Assembly (NCBI GenBank): GCA_963666315.2
Contig: CAXXHG010000020.1
Coordinates: forward strand, 1-64,000
Direction of reading: 5' to 3'
Origin: Candidatus Binatia bacterium
Lineage (GTDB): Bacteria; Desulfobacterota; Binatia; Bin18
DNA: 64,000 bases
Position numbers and translations under genes: made by a program. The notes under the pieces were generated by a model. It was given only the letters and a program-made list of their open reading frames with translations. It searched no databases and was not told the DNA's origin. Position 1 is the stretch's first letter. Each line of letters starts with the position of its first letter. Shown here piece by piece: positions 51,533 to 60,742 of this stretch.

Positions 51533-52258
51533 ATGATGCACATCCCGCACGAGGCGTATCCGCCTGGATTTGCCGAATATCTGCAACCCCTGCTCGATGC
51601 CCGCCTGCGCTTTCTCGAAAACATGTCGGCAGTCGAAAAACGCATCTGCCACGGCATCATTGCCTCCTTTCCGCAGCTCGGACGAGGACCAACGGCGGCC
51701 GAGCTGGCAGAACGTACGACTCTCTCTCTAGATCATGTTGTGACTACGCTTACCCACCTGAGTACGCGTGACATGCTCAAATATGATGCGAAGACGGGCT
51801 GCGTTATTGCCCTCTACCCCTTCTCGGATGTGCCGTGTCCACATCAAGTTCAACTGGCCGGTACACAACGCCTGTACGCCATGTGACCCGGCGGAGCGAT
51901 CGCCCTTCCCATCGTGTATGGGCCAGGAACCTCAGCAACTGTTTTTTCTGAATGCACCCAGTGTCAGGCACCGATTCAGTTCGATATGACCGTCACCGAA
52001 GACGGCGCAGTAAGTTCCGCAGCGTCTACCGAAACCTTGCGCGAATGGGATCCTGTGTTCATTGATGCAGACCATACTCTACCGCATCTGCTGGATGGAT
52101 TTTGACTCCGCGTGCAGTTCTTCTGTAGCGAAGAACATTTCACCCAGTGGAAAACTGAGAATCCTGACGAAGAAGGATTTCTGATTACGTTCAGTCAAAG
52201 CGCACGGATCTGTCAGTCCTTCTATGGCGGCCTGTTAGAGACGTGTCGCAATCTATAG
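51533..52258 (+). CDS. MerB-like (organomercurial lyase fold) protein with two putative selenocysteines (TGA 51884-51886 and 52103-52105)
   Basis: One continuous frame of 241 aa: N-terminal wHTH, YPFSDVPCPHQV, RLYAM-U-PGGAIALP, VFSECTQCQAPI, LDGF-U-LRVQFFCSEEHFTQW. Matches MerB RLYAWC96ALD, VSSHC117 and QSFC159CHVHFF. RBS AAGGAG; start may be ATG 51536. Confidence 0.82.
51908..51922 (+). promoter_or_regulatory. Candidate SECIS for the first UGA of the MerB-like gene
   Basis: CCCAT-CGTGT-ATGGG, 5-bp stem starting 21 nt after the UGA, G second in the loop. Weaker than the other two candidates. Confidence 0.4.
52117..52136 (+). promoter_or_regulatory. Candidate SECIS for the second UGA of the MerB-like gene
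   Basis: GTTCTTC-TGTAGC-GAAGAAC, 7-bp perfect stem starting 11 nt after the UGA, GU in the loop. Confidence 0.65.
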
Positions 52259-52306
52259 TGGAGTCTGGATCTTTCTCATATGCCTGAAGTAAGGAGTACA
52301 TTATCC

Positions 52307-52984
52307 ATGGTCCATTTACTCATTGCCCTCAAACGCAAAGACGGTCTCAGTCGAGCTGATTTCTCTCGCCATTGGCGCGAAATACGTGCTCCGCTTGCCA
52401 AGCAAATGCCGGGGCTACGGCGTTATATTTAAAATCATAGTCCGACTATCCTGAGCCGTAGACTCGCCTATGATGGCGTAGTGGAAATCCGGATGGATAC
52501 TGAAGAGGCCATCACAGCCGCCTTTAATAGTAAGGAATACCGTGCTGGCGCGTACGCGGATGAACCGAACTTTGCAAATGTCAAAGACGTCGTTCGTCTT
52601 GTCACCGAAGATCATGTCCTGCACGCAGGTGAGGAAAGCAGCAGCCCTGAGCCGCGTATCAAACGGCTTTCTTTTATTAAACGGAAACCAGAATGGGACC
52701 GGGACGAGTTCTTTCGATACTGGAAAGACATACACGGCCCGATGGCGCTCGCGATGCCCGGCCTCCAACGTTAGGTGCATTGCCACGCCCTGCCCTCTGC
52801 GTATGAAAAGGGCGAGCCGCAGTACGACGGTGTGGCTGAGCTGTGGTTTGATACGCTTGGCGATCTCAACTTTACCCTGGCACGAGAAGAGTACAAAGAA
52901 GGCGCTCGGCCCGCTGGTCTCAAGTTCGTCGATCCAGACAGTATGCTGACTCTCATCACTGAGGAATATCGGATCGTGTACTAA
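52307..52984 (+). pseudogene. Tandem EthD-domain protein with two nonsense codons
   Basis: One frame: KRKDGLSRADFSRHWRE...PGLRRYI-TAA(52430)-NH...YDGVVEI and KRKPEWDRDEFFRYWKDIHGP...PGLQR-TAG(52772)-VHCH...YDGVAELWFD. Confidence 0.85.
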
Positions 52985-53138
52985 ATCAACAAAGCCTTTT
53001 GCCTCAATTAAGTCTTTCCTCCAAACTCCCGAAAATAGTCAATGAAGAGGGACTCCACTCCTGCCTGCCTGTTGTTCCGTCTCCTCCGGGGCTGTTCCTC
53101 ACAGCAGAACTCACTCGATAAGGAAGGACGGCCATTTT

Positions 53139-53944
53139 ATGCGCATCATCGCTGCGGATACAGGCATACCGTACGAGCTGAATATAGGAGATAGGGTCGA
53201 GTTAATTGGTTCGATTCGTCTCTACAATGGTGGCAAGATTATCCACGGCCCAGATACAGGTCGCATCATGGACATCCGCGACAAAATCGAGCGTTTAGCT
53301 ATTAAATGCCAGCAGGCACGATTTGGCGGCTGGTATGCCGCCAAAGATCTCGCCCGAGTCGCAACGTTGCAAACACCCGGCACCGCCTCAAAAAAGCAAA
53401 TGCGGCCCAACACACACCGCTCAGCCCAAACCGAACCTTTCAGGTCGGAGATCGCATCCAGGCCGGCCAGGCCATCTACAGCCCAAGCTGCGGCGTGACA
53501 GTCGGCAAAGGGACTGCAGGCAGTGTTGTGTGGGCCGGACGGCAATCCGTCTCTGTTCGCTGGGATAACGGGCCAGAATTCGTCTACGTCAATCCGGCAC
53601 TCTTAACACCAAGTTCGGGCCAAGCAGTGCAAAGCGCTGCTTCAGCCCAAAATCCATCTCAGCAAAGGACCTCTGCACAGCCACCTCCTCTCGCTGGCCA
53701 GGAACGCCGGCGACTCAGTCAGGGCGAGATCCTGACGTTTCAATCCATCCAAGAATTGCTCATGGCGCTTGGATTTTCTGATGATCAGAAAACCGGGGAA
53801 ATGCGTAATCCACAAACCACCCATGCTATTTCCTTTTCAGCCATTGCGGGTCGTTCGGTAGGCGAGTTTGTCCGCCAAGGTGTAAAGGCTGGCTGGTTGA
53901 AAGACTATTTCAAGCCTGACGCAGAACGTGACCTTGCAGCGTAA
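53139..53944 (+). CDS. Hypothetical protein split by a -1 frameshift at A_AAA_AAG (53390-53396)
   Basis: ORF 53139-53498 (LNIGDRVEL...) overlaps ORF 53306-53944 (FQVGDRIQA...VSVRWDNG); both halves have SH3-like GDR[VI] starts. Confidence 0.55.
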
Positions 53945-54000
53945 GTCGCAACGTAAGTTGCCGCATAAGTTGATTGAGGAATCTCGAAAGAGTCGGTACT

Positions 54001-54435
54001 TCACCCCGCCACAATCCCTAGCCCTGACACAAGGGCTGAAATCAGGGCACACAGCGGAGAGTAGATGAGCGTATCCCGACGGGCAAACTCTGAGTCCCGA
54101 ACCCGCTTAAAGAAACCAAACAGGCGAAAATCTCCAATTGCTCGTGCAAAGAAAACGACGGCGAGTACCCAGACTTCGCTAGAAGGAATCCAAACCGGCA
54201 AGCCCACGTTTATAACGCCTACCCTCCACAAGCATACGATGCCCGCGATAAGCAGAGCACAGGCCACGACTATAGTCGGCAAACGTCCAGGGCTAAATGT
54301 CGGTTTTCCATCCACACTTGGGATAACGCCGTCTAAGCCCCACTTCTCGCCAAAAGCCCAATACCAGTGCAGGGCTGACAGAGCTTAAAATATAAATGTA
54401 AGCAGGCTCGCTATGAAGACGGCTTGGGAGACCAT
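54001..54435 (-). pseudogene. DUF3995-like membrane protein with a premature TAA (54387-54385)
   Basis: MVSQAVFIASLLTFIF-stop-ALSALHWYWAFGEKWG...RAIGDFRLFGFFKRVRDSEFARRDTLIYSPLC in one frame. Confidence 0.75.
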
Positions 54436-54475
54436 GGGTGTGTTCCCCCGCGGCCCAACAGGTAGTTCATGCGCA

Positions 54476-55612
54476 TTACGACCGCGCTGGCAGACGGACG
54501 ACACCAGTACTCAGCACTGACAGTTCCCCATCTTGATTCTTTGCGTTCTGTTCAACTTCGACGTGATGCTGGCCGTCTTCCACAAAGATCCGGGAGACCT
54601 CGCCATTGATGAAGAGCGTATCTCCGACTGGATTATGGCGGCGGATCTTCACAGAAATATTTCGCAGGAAACCATCGTCTCCGATCCAGTCAGTGAGATG
54701 ATGGGACATCCATGACGTACGCTCAGGCCCGTAGTCATAGGCTTCAGGCGTACCCACACGCTGGGCCAGATCCGTATCCCAGTGGACGCGCTCAGGCACG
54801 TCGGGAATGCCGAAACGATCAGGAATGCCAAGCCCAGGATGTTTCCGAAGCTGTTTCCAGGCCAGACGATTGGCCCGAATATACAGCCCGCCCCAGCCCT
54901 GGGCATAGGCGATAAAACCCGTGACCGTCATCGGTCCTTTCACCATAGTAGACAGCTTGTCCCCGACTTTGACATCTTCGATATAACGCGGCGTTGCCCC
55001 GCGCACCTCTTCTTGCGCGTACTGGTCGAAGATCTCAGCGATTTGTTCACGCGAGTAGGAAACCTGCCCTCGCTGTTTGACTTCGGTATACTTTGTCCCG
55101 CGTTCACGTGCGGCATCGCGCTCGGTGCGGAAACACCAGCTGTCGCCCTCCACAACTAGTTCGCCATGCTGGTTGTAATAATCAACGTGATAAATCTGCT
55201 GGATGGCCCGACCCGCAAAGCGTGTCTCGTGTTCGACGAGGTCCTTGAGATAGGCCTTGGTCGTAAAGACATCGTTGCGAAACATCAGCTTATGCCACGT
55301 CAGGTCCGCGCCTGCCCACATGGCATGAATGCCGGGCAGGCCGCCAACGTAACCACTCAAAATGCGGTTGAGCGGAAAGACAAACGACGGCGGGGCAATG
55401 ATCCGGCCGTAGCGTCCCTGAGCCGCATACTCCGGGTCGCACCACAGCGGGTTATCATCCCCAATCCCGTGCGCGTAGTGGCGGATATTGTCGCGCGTGG
55501 CCTTATAACACCACGGCTCCAAGGTGTCCTCAATAGGCACATTAATGAGCTTGCGTAGTGTATCCAGGGCGTGATCAGTGATAAGGGCAAAGCGTTGTTC
55601 TGCTTCTGACAT
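54476..55612 (-). CDS. Double hot-dog MaoC-family acyl-CoA dehydratase-like protein
   Basis: DNIRHYAHGIGDDNPLW, APPSF, EDVKVGD, HWD...AYDYG, LTDWIGDDGFL. RBS GAGGAG. Confidence 0.85.
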   Translation of the reverse strand: MSEAEQRFALITDHALDTLRKLINVPIEDTLEPWCYKATRDNIRHYAHGIGDDNPLWCDPEYAAQGRYGRIIAPPSFVFPLNRILSGYVGGLPGIHAMWAGADLTWHKLMFRNDVFTTKAYLKDLVEHETRFAGRAIQQIYHVDYYNQHGELVVEGDSWCFRTERDAARERGTKYTEVKQRGQVSYSREQIAEIFDQYAQEEVRGATPRYIEDVKVGDKLSTMVKGPMTVTGFIAYAQGWGGLYIRANRLAWKQLRKHPGLGIPDRFGIPDVPERVHWDTDLAQRVGTPEAYDYGPERTSWMSHHLTDWIGDDGFLRNISVKIRRHNPVGDTLFINGEVSRIFVEDGQHHVEVEQNAKNQDGELSVLSTGVVRLPARS

Positions 55613-55697
55613 GTCTTGTTTTTCTCCTCAGCGCGATATGTGTATCAATTGTTCTCATTTTACGGAATCCACCCGGCCTCGTCTGGCCGGGATCACA

Positions 55698-57254
55698 TCA
55701 GGACCGCATTCCAGGCCGAATTCGCTGGTCCATACTCCGCAGGTCTCGTGCCTGGTCAAAAAGGCTGAAAAAGCGTTCGTGTACCCGTTCCTGTTCGGCG
55801 GCATTTGGCGCGGCTAGCAGGGTCACACCAATGCAGCCACACGCATTCATTGCAACGCCGACCAGGCCGGCTTCAAAAATCCAGATATGTTGCGAGCCGG
55901 ATAGCAGCATGCTCACAACGCCCAGCGTTCCAACGATGATGCCCACGAATGCCGCTTTACACGAGAAACGCGGCCAGTACAGTCCTAAGATCAACGGCAA
56001 ATAGAGCTGCATCAGAAATTCGAACTTAATGATCGTCAGCTGCCACAGGGTCGTAATAGGCCTGAGCGACAGACCCATTACGGCAAGCAAAATAAGAACA
56101 GTAAAAATCCGCCCGGCTTTGGCAATTTCATCCTCACTCGCGTGGGGACGAAAGAAATGACGATACACGTCGTGTGTCAGCATGGAGGACAGCGTGAGCA
56201 GAACGCTTGCGGCGGTTGACATGATTGCGGCAGCGGCACCGACAAAAACCAAGACGACCACCCAGTACAGGTGGGTAATGTGTTGGCCCAGCAAATGGCC
56301 CAAGATCTGATCGGCCTGCAGTGTTTCCAATCCCTGCAGTCGGACGACGCCGACCAGGCCGATGAACACCACACACAGCATAATCAGAAAATAATTGGGC
56401 ACCATCATCGCCACACTCCGGCGCAGGGCGCGTTCGGTTCTAGCGGCATAGACACTCTGGATAATTTGGGGATACATCGATCCGCCCAAACCAAAAACCA
56501 ACGCGTACAGGAAATACGACCGCGTCAGGGCAGCATAGGAATCTGTGACTGCGACTTTCTCAGGTGCGATCTGAACCGCCTGGCGGATAACGTTTGCGAT
56601 TCCGCCTTGTGCTGATACCAGCACCACGGCCGCCACAATGATCGAGCCTAACAGCAGGCTGCCCTGGAGCACCTCAGCCCAGACCACGCCACGCCAACCG
56701 CTGAGTAATACATAGCCCAGCATGACCGTTGAGATATACACCACACCGGTTGTGAAAGAGTACTGGCCATTCGTAAACCCGACAAAGGCATGGCCCATGC
56801 CTGTCGTCTGGATCATCAGATAGGGAATCACCGTCAGAATCAGAAAACAGGCCACCACCAGCCGTAGCCTGCGGCTTTGGAAACGGTCAGCGAAAAAGTC
56901 GGCAGGAGTGAGATAGTCGTATTTTTTGGACAAGACATACAGGCGGGGAGCCTAGGACAGGAGACCCAGGGTAATCGCAAGGATGAAGGGGATAAGCATG
57001 ACCGCCATCAAGCCGATCCGATAGGCTTGGCCGGGCAGGCCGAAGAAAGTATTGCCACTAAACTTGGTCGCCAACATGACGAAAAAGAGCACGACTGCGC
57101 CCGTCGTCTTGCCGCCCAGAAAATAGTCTCGGGCCGTCCACGTCTCGCCTGATCGATAGGCAAAGAAGCTGATCAAGAGATTGCTCAGCAGATACACAGA
57201 CAGCAGAACGAGAGCACCAAAACCCAGACCTACGGGCTCAGCCGTGCTGCTCAT
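55698..57254 (-). pseudogene. Sodium:solute symporter with one in-frame TAG (56954-56952)
   Basis: DYFLGG, ATKFSGNTFFGLPG...LLS-TAG-APRLYVLSKKYDYLTPADF...AAIMSTA; the two ORF-track pieces share a frame (519 codons). Confidence 0.82.
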
Positions 57255-57260
57255 AACACC

Positions 57261-57515
57261 TTAGTCCGCGTCTTTGAGCACGTTTTCGTCCAGGACGCCG
57301 TCTTCATCAAGGATGAAGGGTGCTAAGCGCCAGTGGCGCAGCACGACATATATGGTGAAGCCGTTCAGCACCAACGAAGCGCTGAGAGTCAGCAAAAACC
57401 AGAGCGGAATGCCGAAGATCAGCGGCTGATACGTTCCGACAAAGCCATACGGCACGCACAGGAAGAGTAAGACAGCAAAGATTGTCCAGATCCAGACGCG
57501 GGCGGGTTCTTTCAC
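57261..57515 (-). CDS. Small two-TM protein accompanying the SSS transporter (DUF3311/DUF997-like)
   Basis: Two hydrophobic helices with PLIFGIPLWF; GTG start overlaps the upstream TGA. Confidence 0.75.
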   Translation of the reverse strand: MKEPARVWIWTIFAVLLFLCVPYGFVGTYQPLIFGIPLWFLLTLSASLVLNGFTIYVVLRHWRLAPFILDEDGVLDENVLKDAD

Positions 57516-58288
57516 TCCAGCCCCGTATAATCAAATGTCATGGGCTCAATAGCACCAGCGTCGATAGCTTTGATCCGTGCATCCGAAAGCGGATAGCTGA
57601 ACTGCTCATTGCGCATGTACAGCCGCTGCAAGAGTATCGCATGCGTCATGGCTGCGACTTCGTCCCACTCAGTCGAGGACAGGTCCTGGTGTGAAAGCCC
57701 GACAAAGCCGGAACGCATATGCCCGATCTCGTCGGTGTACACGTGCTCGCACGCCTGAGCGATCCGGTCGTTGATCTCGCCCGAGCCGACCAGGCGCATG
57801 CCGGCAGAATACATGCTGCAGTAGCCGCCCTCGGTAAACCGGACGGCAAAATAGCCCAGCTGGCCACGCTTCTCACGGTATTCATATCGGCTGCGCGCCA
57901 GCTCATGATCAGCCTCCCAGCCGGTGAGTTGCTGGGGGTCGATCTTTGTTACACTCAGCGCGTCGTAGATATCGGCAAACAAACAATAGTGAAAGAATTC
58001 GGTCCTCAGGTCATCGATCACATTCAAAACCGCATGGCGGTCAATTTCGCGGTCGATCTTGTCGAAGACGTCACTCAGGTATGCCACGGGTCCCTGAAAC
58101 AGGCCCTTTTTTTTATCGCCAACCCCGGAGCCCCAGATTTCTTTGAAACACTGACGTTTCAGCCACAGCAGATCGGTCTCAGTCGTGCGCTGCGGACTTT
58201 GGAAATACGTCCAGACGACCTCTTCTTCTCCAGCCCAATGAGGGGCCGCAAGATCAACCAAGCGTCTGAGGTTTTCGTTGACAGGCAT
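57512..58288 (-). CDS. Ferritin-like diiron-carboxylate protein
   Basis: Spaced E / ExxH / E / ExxH ligands: FKEIW, TEFFH, FTEGG, DEIGH. Confidence 0.65.
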   Translation of the reverse strand: MPVNENLRRLVDLAAPHWAGEEEVVWTYFQSPQRTTETDLLWLKRQCFKEIWGSGVGDKKKGLFQGPVAYLSDVFDKIDREIDRHAVLNVIDDLRTEFFHYCLFADIYDALSVTKIDPQQLTGWEADHELARSRYEYREKRGQLGYFAVRFTEGGYCSMYSAGMRLVGSGEINDRIAQACEHVYTDEIGHMRSGFVGLSHQDLSSTEWDEVAAMTHAILLQRLYMRNEQFSYPLSDARIKAIDAGAIEPMTFDYTGLE

Positions 58289-58333
58289 GCATGCTTCCTT
58301 ATTGTAGACGCGTGTCCTGCTCAGGGCATGCGC

Positions 58334-59038
58334 CTACGTGCGAGCGCCGTTCGCGTCTATCTTGTCACCCAGCTCACAGATGCCTTGATAGAATAGCTTT
58401 ACCGCCGTCAGTGCGAGTTCCATGCCTTCCAGCACTTCAGTGCGCGTAGCGTCCGTCGTAACATGCCGGGAGATCGGCTCCCAGACTTTGCGGCCGGCGT
58501 GATCGTCATCTGCCTTGGTGTGGTAGGTAAAGAAAAAGACTTGTTCGTCATTCAGGTTGTACGTCTCCCGCCACGCCGCAGCCAAGAAATTATGTTTGCC
58601 CGGCATGGCCGTGAGCATAAACTCATCAACCGAAGTCGCCAGCCAGCCGGCAACCCAATGTTTGGTCCGCGCAATATTTTCCCACACATTGAGTGCCACA
58701 TCGACCAACGGAACGGCCCTAGTGGCATCCATATGTTCATTCGTCAGCCCCACGTTGCGGCCCATTTCCCATAACAGGGTGGTATGCGGCTGCGAAATTT
58801 CGTCGTCAAAGACGAGTTCCTCACGCATTTGCCCTATCGTCTTGCGCACGATCGCCAGGTCGGGACAGCGGCTCATCCATGCCGGCCGAATCACCGAGCT
58901 GAATAAGCGGTTGCGCAGGATATGCTGCAAGATAAAAGCCTGGCCGCGTCCGTGGGTCAAGGGTCCAACAAACCAGGGCACCTCGGGGGCGATCCGGAGT
59001 GCACGATCACATATCTCATCTACCAGCGTGTTCGACAT
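58334..59038 (-). CDS. Heme-oxygenase-like diiron oxidase (CADD/PqqC/TenA fold)
   Basis: SRCPD, MREEL...QPH, SVDE, FFTYHTKADDDH (HxxxDxxH). Confidence 0.78.
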   Translation of the reverse strand: MSNTLVDEICDRALRIAPEVPWFVGPLTHGRGQAFILQHILRNRLFSSVIRPAWMSRCPDLAIVRKTIGQMREELVFDDEISQPHTTLLWEMGRNVGLTNEHMDATRAVPLVDVALNVWENIARTKHWVAGWLATSVDEFMLTAMPGKHNFLAAAWRETYNLNDEQVFFFTYHTKADDDHAGRKVWEPISRHVTTDATRTEVLEGMELALTAVKLFYQGICELGDKIDANGART

Positions 59039-59080
59039 ACGATGTCCTCATTCCAGCTCTTCTGCCTGCCTCAGCGTTCT

Positions 59081-60247
59081 TCACGGCTGTCCGAGAATGG
59101 CCACACACGACACCGCTCCAGGACCGCCGACATTGTGCACTAAGCCCAGCTTTGGATCTTTGACCTGACGCGGCCCAGCCTGACCCCGCAGTTGGGTGAC
59201 AATTTCATACACCATGCGCACCCCGCTGGCTCCAATCGGGTGGCCGAACGACTTGAGGCCGCCACTCGGATTCACCGGAATATCTCCGTCCAACGCGGTC
59301 CGGCCTTCCTCAATCAGCTTAGCGCCCTCGCCTTTCTGAATGAAACCCAGGTCTTCGTAGTTGGTTATTTCGGTCCAGGTAAAGCAGTCGTGTACCTCAG
59401 CCACATCTATTTCCTTGAGCGGATCGGTGATCCCAGCCATGGCATACGCCTGGGCTGCCGCGTGTTGGGTTGCCCGAAATCCAAGATAATCATAATTCGG
59501 GTCCATAAACGGCCGGCCACTCGTCACCGCCAGCCCGACGCCTTTGACCGGAATATGATCAGGCCGGTATTTCCGCGCTAAATCGGCTCGACACACCACA
59601 GCGGCCGCTGCTCCATCTGTGGTTGGGCAGCAGTCGTATAAGCCGAAGGGATACGCCACAATAGGCGCGCTGAGTACGGTTTCCGCAGTCACCTTTTTCT
59701 GCAAGTGGGCCTTCGGATTCAGCGAGCCGTTATAATGATTCTTAACCGCTACTTTGGCTAAGGTTTCGCGGCTCAATCCGAACGTGTGCATATACCGCGT
59801 GGCAGCCAGAGCAAACAGCCCGGGTGCGGTTGAGCCGTCATGGTAGTAGGGATGAACGCCCTCACGGGCCAAACCACGGCCAGGACGATCCTTATATTTG
59901 TCGACGCCTAAGACGAGAGCGGTATCATACATGCCGGACGCCACCGCGAGGACGGCGTGCCGAAACGCATCTGTGCCTGTCGCGCAAAAGTTTTCTACCC
60001 GAGAGATCGGCTTATTATACAAACGCAGCGCGTCACCCAACGACACCGCCGCTTTGCCATGGCCTTGCGCAGGCGAATACGTGCCCAACCAGGCAGCGTC
60101 AATTTCTTCAGGCGCAATACGGGCATCATGGAACGCGGCAAACGCGGCATCAACCGCCATGTCCTCATAGCCCTGATCAGAATTGTCGCCAAACTTAATG
60201 CAGCCTACCCCTATCACCGAGACTTGATTTTTCAGCGACGCAGCCAT
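59081..60247 (-). CDS. SCP2-type thiolase / acetyl-CoA acetyltransferase
   Basis: VENFCATG, KNH, AEVHDCF, GHPIGASG, HNVGG motifs. Confidence 0.93.
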   Translation of the reverse strand: MAASLKNQVSVIGVGCIKFGDNSDQGYEDMAVDAAFAAFHDARIAPEEIDAAWLGTYSPAQGHGKAAVSLGDALRLYNKPISRVENFCATGTDAFRHAVLAVASGMYDTALVLGVDKYKDRPGRGLAREGVHPYYHDGSTAPGLFALAATRYMHTFGLSRETLAKVAVKNHYNGSLNPKAHLQKKVTAETVLSAPIVAYPFGLYDCCPTTDGAAAAVVCRADLARKYRPDHIPVKGVGLAVTSGRPFMDPNYDYLGFRATQHAAAQAYAMAGITDPLKEIDVAEVHDCFTWTEITNYEDLGFIQKGEGAKLIEEGRTALDGDIPVNPSGGLKSFGHPIGASGVRMVYEIVTQLRGQAGPRQVKDPKLGLVHNVGGPGAVSCVAILGQP

Positions 60248-60368
60248 AGCTTTTCCTCTTACCGGTACACCGGTGATACCGTTTGCTCCGGTACGCTGGT
60301 TGCCTGCCATCACAGCAGGTCCGAGATTATTACTGTTTGATGCCTATCATTTAGTATCCACACTGCTC

Positions 60369-60449
60369 GCCCTTCGACAAGCTCAGGGTGACCGGGAATA
60401 GGCTTGTCTGTGGGCTGCCCCGTTCGTGCTGAGCCCGTCGAGGCATGAA
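60369..60449. repeat. REP-like imperfect inverted repeat (CTTCGACAAGCTCAG type)
   Basis: CCCTTCGACAAGCTCAGGGTGACCGGG ... CCCCGTTCGTGCTGAGCCCGTCGAGGCATGAA; a related fragment GTCGAAGCATGAACG is at 2621-2635. Confidence 0.6.
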
Positions 60450-60683
60450 TGCGAATGGACCACGATCAAATAGAGCTCGTACGGCGCACTCAACCTTGCC
60501 CGCTGAGACACAGCCTGCTTTCCGTTTATATGCCGTTGCTCACCACTGGATCAAGCCCGCAACTGCTCGCAACCACCCTTCGCCATCCACACAAACGTAG
60601 GCACAGACAGCAGAACGAGGCAAAATAATCCAACACCTTCTCAGCTTCTCAGTGTCGCAGTATTGAACGCCTACGGTTTTCCC

Positions 60684-60713
60684 TTGACATACGCCCAGCC
60701 TGCCCGCTATAGC
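60684..60713 (+). promoter_or_regulatory. Candidate sigma70 promoter
   Basis: TTGACA, 18-nt spacer, TATAGC; upstream of RBS AGGAGG (60727-60732). Confidence 0.5.
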
Positions 60714-60742
60714 GCTTGCAGAGGGCAGGAGGCGTCTTTGTC

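Noticed and set aside
35467-52258. General TGA reassignment (to Trp or Gly) as the explanation for the in-frame TGAs
   Set aside because: TGA ends many intact genes (e.g. 2681, 4522, 38409, 59081), and the three internal TGAs align with Cys positions rather than Trp or Gly.
49363-56954. Three in-frame TAG codons (49363, 52772, 56954) at positions where Tyr fits, suggesting amber recoding or pyrrolysine
   Set aside because: TAG is the normal stop of many intact genes here (e.g. 20239, 25920, 27283, 41418), TAC/TAT to TAG needs one substitution, two of the three genes have other lesions, and no pyl genes are visible.
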